A DNA stretch of 32,000 nt from Candidatus Iainarchaeum sp. (lineage in GTDB: Archaea > Iainarchaeota > Iainarchaeia > Iainarchaeales > CSSED10-239): NCBI GenBank assembly GCA_037441475.1, contig JBBISB010000001.1, positions 186,418 through 218,417 on the forward strand, read 5' to 3'. This document shows, in pieces, positions 8,455-17,368 of this stretch (positions are counted from its first letter, which is position 1; every line of letters starts with the position of its first letter). The notes under the pieces are model-generated. The model was given only the letters and a program-made list of their open reading frames with translations. It was not told where the DNA came from and made no database searches. Made by a program: the position numbers and the translations under genes.

Positions 8455-10656
8455 ATGAAAAATAAAACAAACTTATTTTTAGGTATAATAATACTTGTTC
8501 TTGCAATTGTAGTTGTAGGACTTGTAATAAATCAAAATAATTTAAGAGAAAGGATGATAAATGAAAATAAAGATCCTTTACAAAAATTTCAAAGCTTAGA
8601 AGAAAAGTATGGTAACTTAACATACAGTAACTTTGAAACTAAAAAAGACGGACCATTTATGGAGATTACTCCTGATGAACTGTTAACACTTTTAACAACC
8701 ACAAACTCAAGTTCTAGTTATGGGACAAGAGGAAATATGACAAAAGGCTTGGCAATGACAGATGCTGTTATGTCGTCAATGCCAATGGATAGATCTCAGA
8801 GTGAAGCTGGAGCAGGAAGTAATGATTACTCTCAAACAAACGTTCAAGTTTCAGGTATTGATGAAGGAGATATTATTAAGACTAATGGAGAAAAAATATT
8901 TATTGCAAAAGACAAAACAATAACTGTAATAAATAAAGTAGATGTACCTATTTTAGAAGAAGATAAATATATTTTAACCATAGAAGATCCTACTGCAGAA
9001 TACCTTAACATAAAAGCAATGTTTGTTGATACAGAGAAAAAACTTCTATATGTTATATTTGAGAAAAATCTTGTAGAAAGTAAATTTACTCAATATTCAT
9101 TACTTTATCCTGAAATGAACTATATACCTTTTACTGTTATAAAGACATATAAGATAGAGACAGAAGCACTTACAGAAGTTAGTAGTATTGAAACTAAAGG
9201 AAACTACTTCCAGTCAAGGATGAAGGATGGAATTGTGTATACTATTACATTAGATTACTTAAACAACTTTAGACCTGTTCTTTATTACGATACTGTTATG
9301 ATACCTGTTATGGAGACAAAGAACGGAGTTGTTGAAAACTTCCAACCAAAGATCATTGTTCCAAGAGATGTTACTGAGGAAAATAAAGTAATGTACAATT
9401 TAACATCATTAAGATATTCAGAAAATACCTCCTCTTTAATAGACAGTATTGATCTTATACTTAATAGTTCAAACACAGTGTATATGAGTAGTAATAACTT
9501 ATATATTGCAACAGAAAAGAACAACTACTTTCCTTTCTTTAGATTTGGATGGTATAATGAGTCAAGAGAGGTTGTTTTTGAAGAGATATACTCAAAAATA
9601 TATCCTACAAACGTTTCAAGTGAGATTAAGAAGAACTTAAAAGATCAAAAAAAGTTAGTTGAGATATTAAACAACTACTACCAAACACTTGATAGTGATC
9701 AAAAAGAAGAACTTTATAATAAGATACAAGAAGAAACAAACAGATATTATGAAGAAAGAAGAAATGAGAATGATAAGACATACATTAACAGAATAGAACT
9801 TCTTAATAATGGTTACTTTGGAGATGTTTTACAAGGAGAAGTTAAAGGAAGACTATTGAATCAATTTTCATTAGATGAAAGTGAAGGATATTTAAGAGTT
9901 GCAACAACATATCAAGATTACAATGGGTATAGATCAACTAATAAAAATGCAGTTACTATACTTAATAGCTCTTTAAAACAAGTTGGTCTTGTTGATGGGA
10001 TTGCACCTGATGAAACTATCTATAGTGCGAGGTTTATGAAAGATAAACTTTATTTAGTAACATATAGATTAGTTGATCCTTTCTTTGTTATTGATCTTTC
10101 ATCCCCTACAAAACCTAAGATATTAGGAGAGTTAAAGATTTCAGGATACTCTGATTATCTTCATCCAATCTCAGATACCTTGATATTAGGTATTGGTCAA
10201 GAGACTGAAGTTAATCAATGGGGTGGAGAAAACAGAATTGGGGTTAAGGTTGCTTTATTTGATGTAAGTGATTTTTCAAACCCTAAGGAAATTGGTAAAT
10301 GGGTATCAAGTGCAAGTTACTCAAACACACAAGTTTCATATGATCATAAGGCATTCTTGTATATTGCAAAGAATGATTTAGTGGTAATTCCTATTTCAGA
10401 ATCATTTAACACTAGAAATCCTGCATTTGGGTTTGTTGTTTTAAAGGTTGATGAGGATGGAATTGAAAAGATTACAACTATTGATCATTCTAAAAATAGT
10501 CAATACTACTATTACTCAACAATGGCTAGAAGCTTATATATTGGAGATGAATTGTATACTATTTCAGATAATCTATTAAAGACATATAACTTTACAAGTC
10601 AAGAAGAAACAGAAGTTGTTTTAGGTTTTAAGGATGTTTCTAATATATACAGGTAA
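8455..10656 (+). CDS. Exported/membrane-anchored protein with C-terminal beta-propeller domain (Beta_propel type)
   Basis: 733 aa, N-terminal TM, QVSGIDEGDIIKTNGEKIFI...RVATTYQDYNGY...LYLVTYRLVDPFFVIDLSSPTKPKILGELKISGYSDYLHPI. Confidence 0.85.
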   Translation: MKNKTNLFLGIIILVLAIVVVGLVINQNNLRERMINENKDPLQKFQSLEEKYGNLTYSNFETKKDGPFMEITPDELLTLLTTTNSSSSYGTRGNMTKGLAMTDAVMSSMPMDRSQSEAGAGSNDYSQTNVQVSGIDEGDIIKTNGEKIFIAKDKTITVINKVDVPILEEDKYILTIEDPTAEYLNIKAMFVDTEKKLLYVIFEKNLVESKFTQYSLLYPEMNYIPFTVIKTYKIETEALTEVSSIETKGNYFQSRMKDGIVYTITLDYLNNFRPVLYYDTVMIPVMETKNGVVENFQPKIIVPRDVTEENKVMYNLTSLRYSENTSSLIDSIDLILNSSNTVYMSSNNLYIATEKNNYFPFFRFGWYNESREVVFEEIYSKIYPTNVSSEIKKNLKDQKKLVEILNNYYQTLDSDQKEELYNKIQEETNRYYEERRNENDKTYINRIELLNNGYFGDVLQGEVKGRLLNQFSLDESEGYLRVATTYQDYNGYRSTNKNAVTILNSSLKQVGLVDGIAPDETIYSARFMKDKLYLVTYRLVDPFFVIDLSSPTKPKILGELKISGYSDYLHPISDTLILGIGQETEVNQWGGENRIGVKVALFDVSDFSNPKEIGKWVSSASYSNTQVSYDHKAFLYIAKNDLVVIPISESFNTRNPAFGFVVLKVDEDGIEKITTIDHSKNSQYYYYSTMARSLYIGDELYTISDNLLKTYNFTSQEETEVVLGFKDVSNIYR

Positions 10657-10763
10657 ATGATAGGGAAAAAACGTTTTTTTCCTTTTTCTTTCTTTTTTTT
10701 AAAATAACTAGCAATAAGAATATTTAACTAACATATAAATATCTTTTGGTTTAATAAATAATT

Positions 10764-11531
10764 ATGAATTTTATATTTAGAAAAATATCTGTAGCTTTAG
10801 TCTATGTAATAATGATTTTTGTTAATTATTTAGCTAATGCTTTACCAATAAATAATATTGATACTGGAGCAGTTTCTGACCTGTATCCTAACTTATTTGC
10901 ACCTGCAGGAATTACTTTTTCTATATGGGGTATAATTTATTTGTTATTAGGATTGTTTGTTTTATATCAATTTGGAACTTTTAAAAAAATTAGTTTAAAA
11001 GAAGATAAATTATTAAACAAGATAAGTATTTATTTTATTACAAGTTCTATTTTTAATGCATTATGGATTTTTTCTTGGCATTATGGGTTATTATGGATGT
11101 CTATAATCTTTATGCTAGGTATATTGTTTTGTTTAATTAAAATTAATTTATTAATAAGAGAAAATAATTCTAAAGAATTTTTCTTTTTATCCCTTCCATT
11201 CAGTATTTACTTTGGGTGGATAACAGTTGCAACAATTGCAAATATTACTGCTTTACTTGTTAGTGTTGGTTGGAATGGTTTTGGAATAAGTGAAAGTATT
11301 TGGGCAATTGGTATTCTTTTAGTAGGATCTATTATTGGTATTTTAACAAGTGTTAAAAGTAAAGATATTGCTTATATTTTAGTTTTTGCATGGGCGTATA
11401 TTGGGATTATTATTAAACATACAAGTTCTGTTGGTTTTAATAATCAATATCCAGAAATAATTACTGCTTCATCTCTTTGTATTGTTTTATTTTTAATAAC
11501 AATTTGGTTTTTATTGTATAAGAAAGCTTAA
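10764..11531 (+). CDS. TspO/MBR-related (tryptophan-rich sensory protein-like) membrane protein
   Basis: 255 aa; VNYLANALPINNIDTGAVSDLYPNLFAPAGITFSIWGIIYLLLG motif and multiple TM. Confidence 0.65.
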   Translation: MNFIFRKISVALVYVIMIFVNYLANALPINNIDTGAVSDLYPNLFAPAGITFSIWGIIYLLLGLFVLYQFGTFKKISLKEDKLLNKISIYFITSSIFNALWIFSWHYGLLWMSIIFMLGILFCLIKINLLIRENNSKEFFFLSLPFSIYFGWITVATIANITALLVSVGWNGFGISESIWAIGILLVGSIIGILTSVKSKDIAYILVFAWAYIGIIIKHTSSVGFNNQYPEIITASSLCIVLFLITIWFLLYKKA

Positions 11532-11772
11532 TTTATTTTTTAAAAAACATTAGGTGCAATCTTTGACTAGAACCAAATTAGATTAAGGTTAAAAGTACTC
11601 ATTTTTAAAAAATTATTTTACTGCAATATATCTACTTCTACTTTTAAGGCCCTAAGATTTTAACTAACACAACAAGTTTAGACCCTATAACTATAAGCAG
11701 GTGTATTACAATAAATTTATTTCCTACAAATACGAATAAAGGAAAATTAAAACCAAACAAGAAAGATAAAAT

Positions 11773-12156
11773 TTGGCAAGACATAAGGAAGTAATTGATA
11801 TTGATTATAATAAAAAAATGAATCAATATATAGGGTCAGTTCTAAGTAGATTACCTGCGTTATTCAAAAAAGATAGACAATTTGATGGGATTAAGTATTG
11901 GATAACTCCAGAAAATATTAGAAAATATATGGATATAAAGAACTATCCTTATGACTCAGAACATTCAGAGGGTTCATTAGATACATTATACATTAAGGGA
12001 AACAAGATTACTAAATTAAAAGAACCAATTATAGATGTTTGTAAAAGTTATAATTTACAAAAATATGTTAGTTATACATGTACAGAAAAAATAGGTGTAA
12101 ACTATTGTGAAGAGTGTGTAGCTTATGAAGGCACCCACCTAATTAGATTATATTAA
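11773..12156 (+). CDS. Hypothetical protein, possibly a fragment; C-terminal Cys cluster TCTEKIGVNYCEEC
   Basis: 127 aa ORF; the Cys spacing resembles the zinc knuckle of some PP-loop enzymes, but no P-loop is visible. Confidence 0.35.
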   Translation: MARHKEVIDIDYNKKMNQYIGSVLSRLPALFKKDRQFDGIKYWITPENIRKYMDIKNYPYDSEHSEGSLDTLYIKGNKITKLKEPIIDVCKSYNLQKYVSYTCTEKIGVNYCEECVAYEGTHLIRLY

Positions 12157-13120
12157 ATGGTTCATTATTCCATTACCTGTATTAATAAAAGCAATTAAAT
12201 CATATTTTGTATTAGTTATTTTATTTAATCTTGGTAATATTGCTAATCCAGCAGCACCGCTTGGCTCAGCATCTATATTTAAATTCTTAAATATATTTAA
12301 TGCATTTAATATTTCTTGTTCTTCAATATTATATATTTTATTTTTTATATTTTTTGCAATAGTATATCCTTTTTCTCTTAAATCAATAATACTTTCCTGC
12401 CAAGTTTCTGAACTATCGCAAATCTTATCTGCAATTGTATTTAAGTTTCCTGTACTTACTGCTAATATATCTATGGCAAATTACTTTCTTTTATTACTTC
12501 TTTAGAGTCATCATATAACATTCCAGCACCAAATTGAATAACTACTAATGTTTTTGGAAAAGTAGAATGATAATGCTCTTTAATTTGTTCAATAAATTCT
12601 TGCATAACTTGTTTATAAGTAGGATTAAAACCTTCTGTGATATCTACTGAATTATCTTTAGTTACATTTAACCCTAATTCATTCATTTTATCAATACAAG
12701 GCTTCCAAACCAATATTGTTCTTTAAAATCAACTTGTACTAATATGCCAGACTTATATTTTTGCATATCTTCTCTAAATATTTTACCATTAGTAAATCTA
12801 CCTTTACTATCTGGTCCTAATTCTTTAAAATCATAATGAAGTGGATAAAAGTTTACTACTTTTATTTTTTGCTCACTTAATAAATCATTTAACATATCTG
12901 CATAAAGAAAATCAGCAATTCCTGCATTACCAGTAGAACCTAAGTAATAAATATAATTATTTGGATATATATTTGTTAAATAATGAAGACCCATCATCCA
13001 CCCATGCTTATCTTTATATGTATTTGTAATATTTTTACTTTCATCTTTAATTACTATATCTTGATTATTAATAGTTGTAAATATTACAGGTGTATTTTTT
13101 GGTCTTTTTTCATTCCACAT
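12148..13120 (-). pseudogene. Frameshifted PLP-dependent beta-family enzyme (threonine synthase/dehydratase-like)
   Basis: Three collinear pieces in different frames: NTYKDKHG (PLP lysine region) and YYLGSTGNAGIADF; PKTLVVIQFGAGMLYDD; IDILAVSTGNLNTIADKICD...NLNIDAEPSGAAGLAILPRL...FINTGNGIMNHLI*. Frame changes near 12720 and 12478. Confidence 0.8.
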
Positions 13121-13152
13121 TTTAATTAATTCTTCTTTATTCGTATTAACAC

Positions 13153-13758
13153 CTATTTTTTACAAGCTAAAAATAATCCATTATCTATATTTAAATAATA
13201 GGTAAATATTCTTTTATCTTTTTTTAATTTATCAGTGAATTTATTAATTTCTTTCATTACCCTATCATTAACCTTTGGTCCGTGAGTTAATTTATACTTT
13301 CCCGTATTATCAATAACAAGTAATCCACCTTTTTTTAATAAAGGTAAAAATAATTTATAATACTTTTCATAATTGTCTTTATCTGCATCAAGAAAAATAA
13401 AATCTATCTTTTTATTTTTATCCCAATTTTTAAGAACATCCATAATATTATCTTCTATTAATGTAATCTTTTTATCTAATTTTGCTTTTTTAAAGTTATT
13501 TTTTGCAAGTCTAATCTTTGTAGTTAATATTTCAGTAGTATATATGTGTCCTTTTTTTAGTCCATTTGCTAAAAACAAAGTTGAATACCCAACAGAACAA
13601 CCTAACTCTAAAACTATCTGAGGGTTTATTAATTCTATTAAAAATTGAAGAAATTCTCCTGTTGTTCTTGGAACTGACCACAAACCAACTTTCTTACCAT
13701 CTTCTGGAACTCTTCCATAACTATATAATTTATCCTCTTTATCTGTTAGGATATAGGT
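13153..13758 (-). pseudogene. SAM-dependent O-methyltransferase (family 3-like), probably N-terminally disrupted
   Basis: LYSYGRVPEDGKKVGLWSVPRTTGEFLQFLIELINPQIVLELGCSVGYSTLFLANG...IDFIFLDADKDNYEKYY; homologous-looking residues extend upstream of the listed TTG start to an in-frame TAG at 13759-13761, with no ATG. Confidence 0.65.
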
Positions 13759-13882
13759 CTATTTACCTTCTATTTTTTCAATATCCTTTATTGTATTTAG
13801 AAAGTTATTAATAAATTAATCGTCCTTTTAATTATTATATATATAATCTATTAGCATTAAATTTAAATACTTTTTGAATGTA

Positions 13883-14812
13883 TTATGCTTCTAAAATTAT
13901 ATGAGCGGACCTCCTATTAGATACACAACCATCACAAAATACACTAATAAAAGTATTCAAATAATCTATTAACTTCTCCTTATAGTATTTATCCGCTAAC
14001 ATTTGCCTTGATAAATAATGATTACCACCTACTGAATTACTAACTCTACCTTGATAATAATCAGCAATTGACTCTGGTATTCCTAATTCTATACACTTAG
14101 TATAGAACCATTTTCTACAGTATTTGATTGGAATAAGTTTCTTTCGCTTAATCTCTTTCTCAAGACTGCTTACAGATAACTGCTTATGGTCTAGAGACAA
14201 CTTACTATAAACTTCTAACGGAAGATAACAGAAGTAAGAGTTCTTGGTCTTTCGTAAGTAGTTCATTGAGATTTTCACAAATCCATCATATTGTTGAGTT
14301 TTTAGTTTGTGGAAGTTAGTTAGTAAATACTCTCCTTCAACCTTCCTCATACCACTTACAAGATACATAAGATACATAAGCTTCATTTTATCAGACAGTT
14401 TAGAAAGAGTTTCCTTCATTTCATCATCAGTTGGAACATAATTATCAACAGATGACTTTTTTGATTTGAGTTTTCTTTTCAGAAAGGTTAGTTCTTCGTC
14501 TGCTATTAATTCTTTACTCTCTAGATATTTTAAAACTAACCTTGTAAGTTTAACAGACCTATCATTATCATTTATCTTATCTATATTAGAATTAATATTA
14601 GAAATTATGACTTCTATAGAAAAAGTATGACTTTTCGTAGATTTCTCAAAAATTAAAGGAATCTTTGCAAGAATTTGTTTTTGATACTTAATTGCATAAG
14701 ATTGACTGTAAACCAACTGTTTAAAGCTCTCCAGACTGAAAACTGCAGACTCCAAACCTGCGTTAACAAAAGCTTCTGGCGGGAGTCGAACCCGCGACCT
14801 CAACCTTACCAA
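13883..14812 (-). CDS. Archaeal-type tyrosine recombinase/integrase
   Basis: LMYLMYLVSGMRKVEGEYL (Arg I), YLRKTKNSYFCYLP, IKYCRKWFYTKCIELGIPESIADYYQGRVSNSVGGNHYLSRQMLADKYY (second Arg and Tyr); N-terminus MVRLRSRVRLPPEAF is the translated tRNA 3' half. Confidence 0.85.
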   Translation of the reverse strand: MVRLRSRVRLPPEAFVNAGLESAVFSLESFKQLVYSQSYAIKYQKQILAKIPLIFEKSTKSHTFSIEVIISNINSNIDKINDNDRSVKLTRLVLKYLESKELIADEELTFLKRKLKSKKSSVDNYVPTDDEMKETLSKLSDKMKLMYLMYLVSGMRKVEGEYLLTNFHKLKTQQYDGFVKISMNYLRKTKNSYFCYLPLEVYSKLSLDHKQLSVSSLEKEIKRKKLIPIKYCRKWFYTKCIELGIPESIADYYQGRVSNSVGGNHYLSRQMLADKYYKEKLIDYLNTFISVFCDGCVSNRRSAHIILEA

Positions 14813-14842
14813 GGTTGCGCTCTACCACTGAGCCACAGAAGC
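14771..14842 (-). tRNA. tRNA-Thr(GGT)
   Basis: GCTTCTGTGGCTCAGTGGTAGAGCGCAACCTTGGTAAGGTTGAGGTCGCGGGTTCGACTCCCGCCAGAAGCT; full cloverleaf, anticodon loop TTGGTAA. Confidence 0.95.
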
Positions 14843-14931
14843 AAAAAAAATAGAAATAAATATTTACTAAAGGCAATATAATTAAGCACAAATAGATTTA
14901 AAAAAAGAACATAAAAAGGTTAAAAGAGGTT

Positions 14932-15408
14932 TTATTTAACCTCAATTAACTTTTGAGAAGAAGAAATCTCTTTCTTTGGGATCTTAAGGTGTAAGATACC
15001 ATCTTTGTACTCTGCATTTATGTTATCTTTGTCTATGTTTCTTGGAAGAGAGAAAGATCTATAAAACCCAGAATAGCTTTTTGAATAACTGTAGTAACCT
15101 TTTTCCTTATCCTCTTTTTTATCTTCTTTTTTATGTTCAACCTTTATTTCTAAGTTATTATCGTTTATGTTTATTTTTATGTCTTCTTTTTTTGATCCTG
15201 GAATCTCTAAAGAAAGATTATAGTTTTCTTTATCTTCTTTAACATCACAGATAGGTGCTCTATAGTTTTCTAAAGAAGCTATTTGGTTATCATCTTTTTG
15301 TGAAATTGAAAGAAGATGTGGCTTTTGAGAATATCCAAAATCTTCAAACAAAGAATCCATTTCTCTTTTCATTCTTCTCATTTCATCCCAGATAGTATAT
15401 TGTCTCAT
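14932..15408 (-). CDS. Small heat shock protein, Hsp20/alpha-crystallin family
   Basis: YRAPICDVKEDKENYNLSLEIPGSKKEDIKININDNNLEIKVEHK...YRSFSLPRNIDKDNINAEYKDGILHLKIPK. Confidence 0.93.
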   Translation of the reverse strand: MRQYTIWDEMRRMKREMDSLFEDFGYSQKPHLLSISQKDDNQIASLENYRAPICDVKEDKENYNLSLEIPGSKKEDIKININDNNLEIKVEHKKEDKKEDKEKGYYSYSKSYSGFYRSFSLPRNIDKDNINAEYKDGILHLKIPKKEISSSQKLIEVK

Positions 15409-15568
15409 GTTTACACCACCTTTTTTTGTTTTTTAAAAATAGTTTTTTTAGAATAAATATATAATGAAACAAAAAAAATAAAAAGATTTTCTAGAAAAGT
15501 TTAAAAACTTTTCTATAAGATAGGGTTAGTCCAAAAAATAAAGAAAAAAAGAAAGAGAAAAAGAAACT

Positions 15569-17026
15569 TTAACTTTGTTCTTCAATCTCTTTCTTTAATT
15601 TATCAACATGCTTTTTCTTTGTGAAAAACTCAATTGCTTCTGCAAGCTCTACTCTTCCTTTAGAATACTCATCAATAGAGATACCTTTTTGGTATGCCTC
15701 ACAAGATTGAACTAAAGCCCTTGCACCTGCTTGTGTACCTTTTGGATGAGCATGGCACCCTGCACCCATGGTTGTTATAAAATCAACACCACCCATTAAA
15801 TCTATAAAAGGTTTTAAAAGAGTAGGGTTTAGACCACCTGAGATTATAGGACAGCATTTTTTCATACTTCTCCAACTATCATCCTCTAAGATAACGTGAT
15901 GAGCTTCATCCTCTAAAACTAACTTTACAACATCTTGATCTTTTTCAGGAACAGTTGCCCATGATTGATGGAAGATATGCCCTTGTGAAGCTAATTTTAA
16001 GATACCGGTTGCAGCTGTTATATCTTCAATTGGTGTACCAGCCATTTTTCCAACCCCAGCAGTTCCTGTGTGGATACCAGAAGCACCTGCAAGTCTTGCA
16101 AACTTAGATAAAACTAAAACAGAAAAACCAATTGGGTTTTCAGGTCTTGTAAAACCACCATGTCCTGCTCTATGGAAATGTATGAAAACATCAGGATACA
16201 TTCTTCTTAAGGTTTGAACAGCCATCCAACCTGCTGTAATACCGTCGATTAAAAAGGCATAAGAACCTTTTTCAAAACCTGCGTTTCTAATCATCTCACA
16301 TCTTTCAACCATTGTTTGAAAATCAGCAGCTGAAACATTGAAAGAATGAACTTTCTTTTGTCCTGTTTCTTTAACAGCTTTATCCATAGCTTCCTTTACA
16401 TGTTTTACCATCTTATCATAAGGACAGAAATCTTGGTTTGCTTGAGGTTCATCGTTTTTAACAAAATCTCCTCCTCCAACCCAGAAATCATATGCAGCTT
16501 CTGCATATTCAGATGAGGTTAAACCCATTTTTGGTTTTATAATAGTTCCTAAAATTGGTCTATTGTAAACATTTAAGTATTTTCTCATATCATCTAAAGT
16601 ATATGAAGGTCCATCGTACTGTTCAAGCATTGCTGGTGGAAACCATACATCTAAAAGCTTAATTGCTGAAACCTCTTTCATACCTAAAACATTACCTACA
16701 ACAAATGTTAAAATATTTTGAACATTTCCACTTCTATCAAAAAGTCTCCATGGATATGCTATCCAAACTATGCTTTTTTCTAAATCTAATTTGTATACTA
16801 AGGCATTCATTTCTCTTGAGAAAGGAGTTTCTGTATTAACTAAAAAATTTGTACCTGTTGAAGATTCAGCTGCAGTTTCACATGCTGCTTGTAAGATGTT
16901 TAATGAACCTCCTGGTCTTAAATGGAATGCACACAACATATATTCCCCGTTTTTGACATTTGGGATATTAAAGTTAATATATGCTTGTTGATGTGCATTT
17001 AATGTTTTTACTAAATCGTCGTGCAT
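15569..17026 (-). CDS. rbcL: Ribulose-bisphosphate carboxylase large chain, form II/III-like
   Basis: 485 aa; GTIIKPKMGLTSSEYAEAAYDFWVGGGDFVKNDEPQANQDF active site, HFHRAGHGGFTR, GIHTGTAGVGKMAG loop 6, CCPIISGGLNP. Confidence 0.93.
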   Translation of the reverse strand: MHDDLVKTLNAHQQAYINFNIPNVKNGEYMLCAFHLRPGGSLNILQAACETAAESSTGTNFLVNTETPFSREMNALVYKLDLEKSIVWIAYPWRLFDRSGNVQNILTFVVGNVLGMKEVSAIKLLDVWFPPAMLEQYDGPSYTLDDMRKYLNVYNRPILGTIIKPKMGLTSSEYAEAAYDFWVGGGDFVKNDEPQANQDFCPYDKMVKHVKEAMDKAVKETGQKKVHSFNVSAADFQTMVERCEMIRNAGFEKGSYAFLIDGITAGWMAVQTLRRMYPDVFIHFHRAGHGGFTRPENPIGFSVLVLSKFARLAGASGIHTGTAGVGKMAGTPIEDITAATGILKLASQGHIFHQSWATVPEKDQDVVKLVLEDEAHHVILEDDSWRSMKKCCPIISGGLNPTLLKPFIDLMGGVDFITTMGAGCHAHPKGTQAGARALVQSCEAYQKGISIDEYSKGRVELAEAIEFFTKKKHVDKLKKEIEEQS

Positions 17027-17193
17027 TTAAAATCACCTTTATATTTTAAAAAGATAGTTAACCATTTAATTTAAAAATAGATGTTTTTTAAAGGAGAACA
17101 AATGAGAGCAAGAACATTTGTTTTTTCTTAAACTAAAGAAAAAGAGTTTATAAGAAAATAAAAATTAGGTTTGGAAAGAAAAATAATAAAGAG

Positions 17194-17266
17194 GGTCCAA
17201 ACCGGGATTTGAACCCGGGTCAGAGGATCCACAGACCTCTATGCTAACCACTACACTATTTGGACC
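17194..17266 (-). tRNA. tRNA-His(GTG) with encoded G-1
   Basis: GGTCCAAATAGTGTAGTGGTTAGCATAGAGGTCTGTGGATCCTCTGACCCGGGTTCAAATCCCGGTTTGGACC; anticodon GTG, G-1:C73 pair. Confidence 0.92.
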
Positions 17267-17368
17267 AGTATTTTTTGTTTACTTGTATATATATTATAGA
17301 TTAAATATGTTTATAAAGATTTCACATATAATATATTAGTAAAATATATTATAAAAATAAGAATAATT

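Noticed and set aside
11644-11826. Track ORF - 60 aa as a gene in the TspO-like/127-aa intergenic region
   Set aside because: Hydrophobic AT-rich frame with no motif support, overlapping the better 127-aa ORF on the other strand.
13759-13761. In-frame TAG upstream of the methyltransferase as a pyrrolysine codon
   Set aside because: The segment upstream of the TAG is only about 17 codons before another stop, has no good start codon, and adjacent genes carry frameshifts. The methyltransferase is also not an MttB/MtmB/MtbB-type family. Ordinary decay is simpler.
14675-14881. Track ORF + 68 aa (MFLILNCIRLTVNQL...)
   Set aside because: It is the antisense of the integrase 5' end and of tRNA-Thr; the SFWRESNPRPQPYQGCALPLSH segment is the classic false translation of a tRNA gene.
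17194-17266. tRNA-His as a degenerate pseudo-tRNA because of the T31/T39 mismatch at the top of the anticodon stem
   Set aside because: All other elements are intact (encoded G-1:C73, 7-bp acceptor, T-arm, GTG anticodon). A single mismatch at 31/39 is tolerated, so I call it functional and note the mismatch only.
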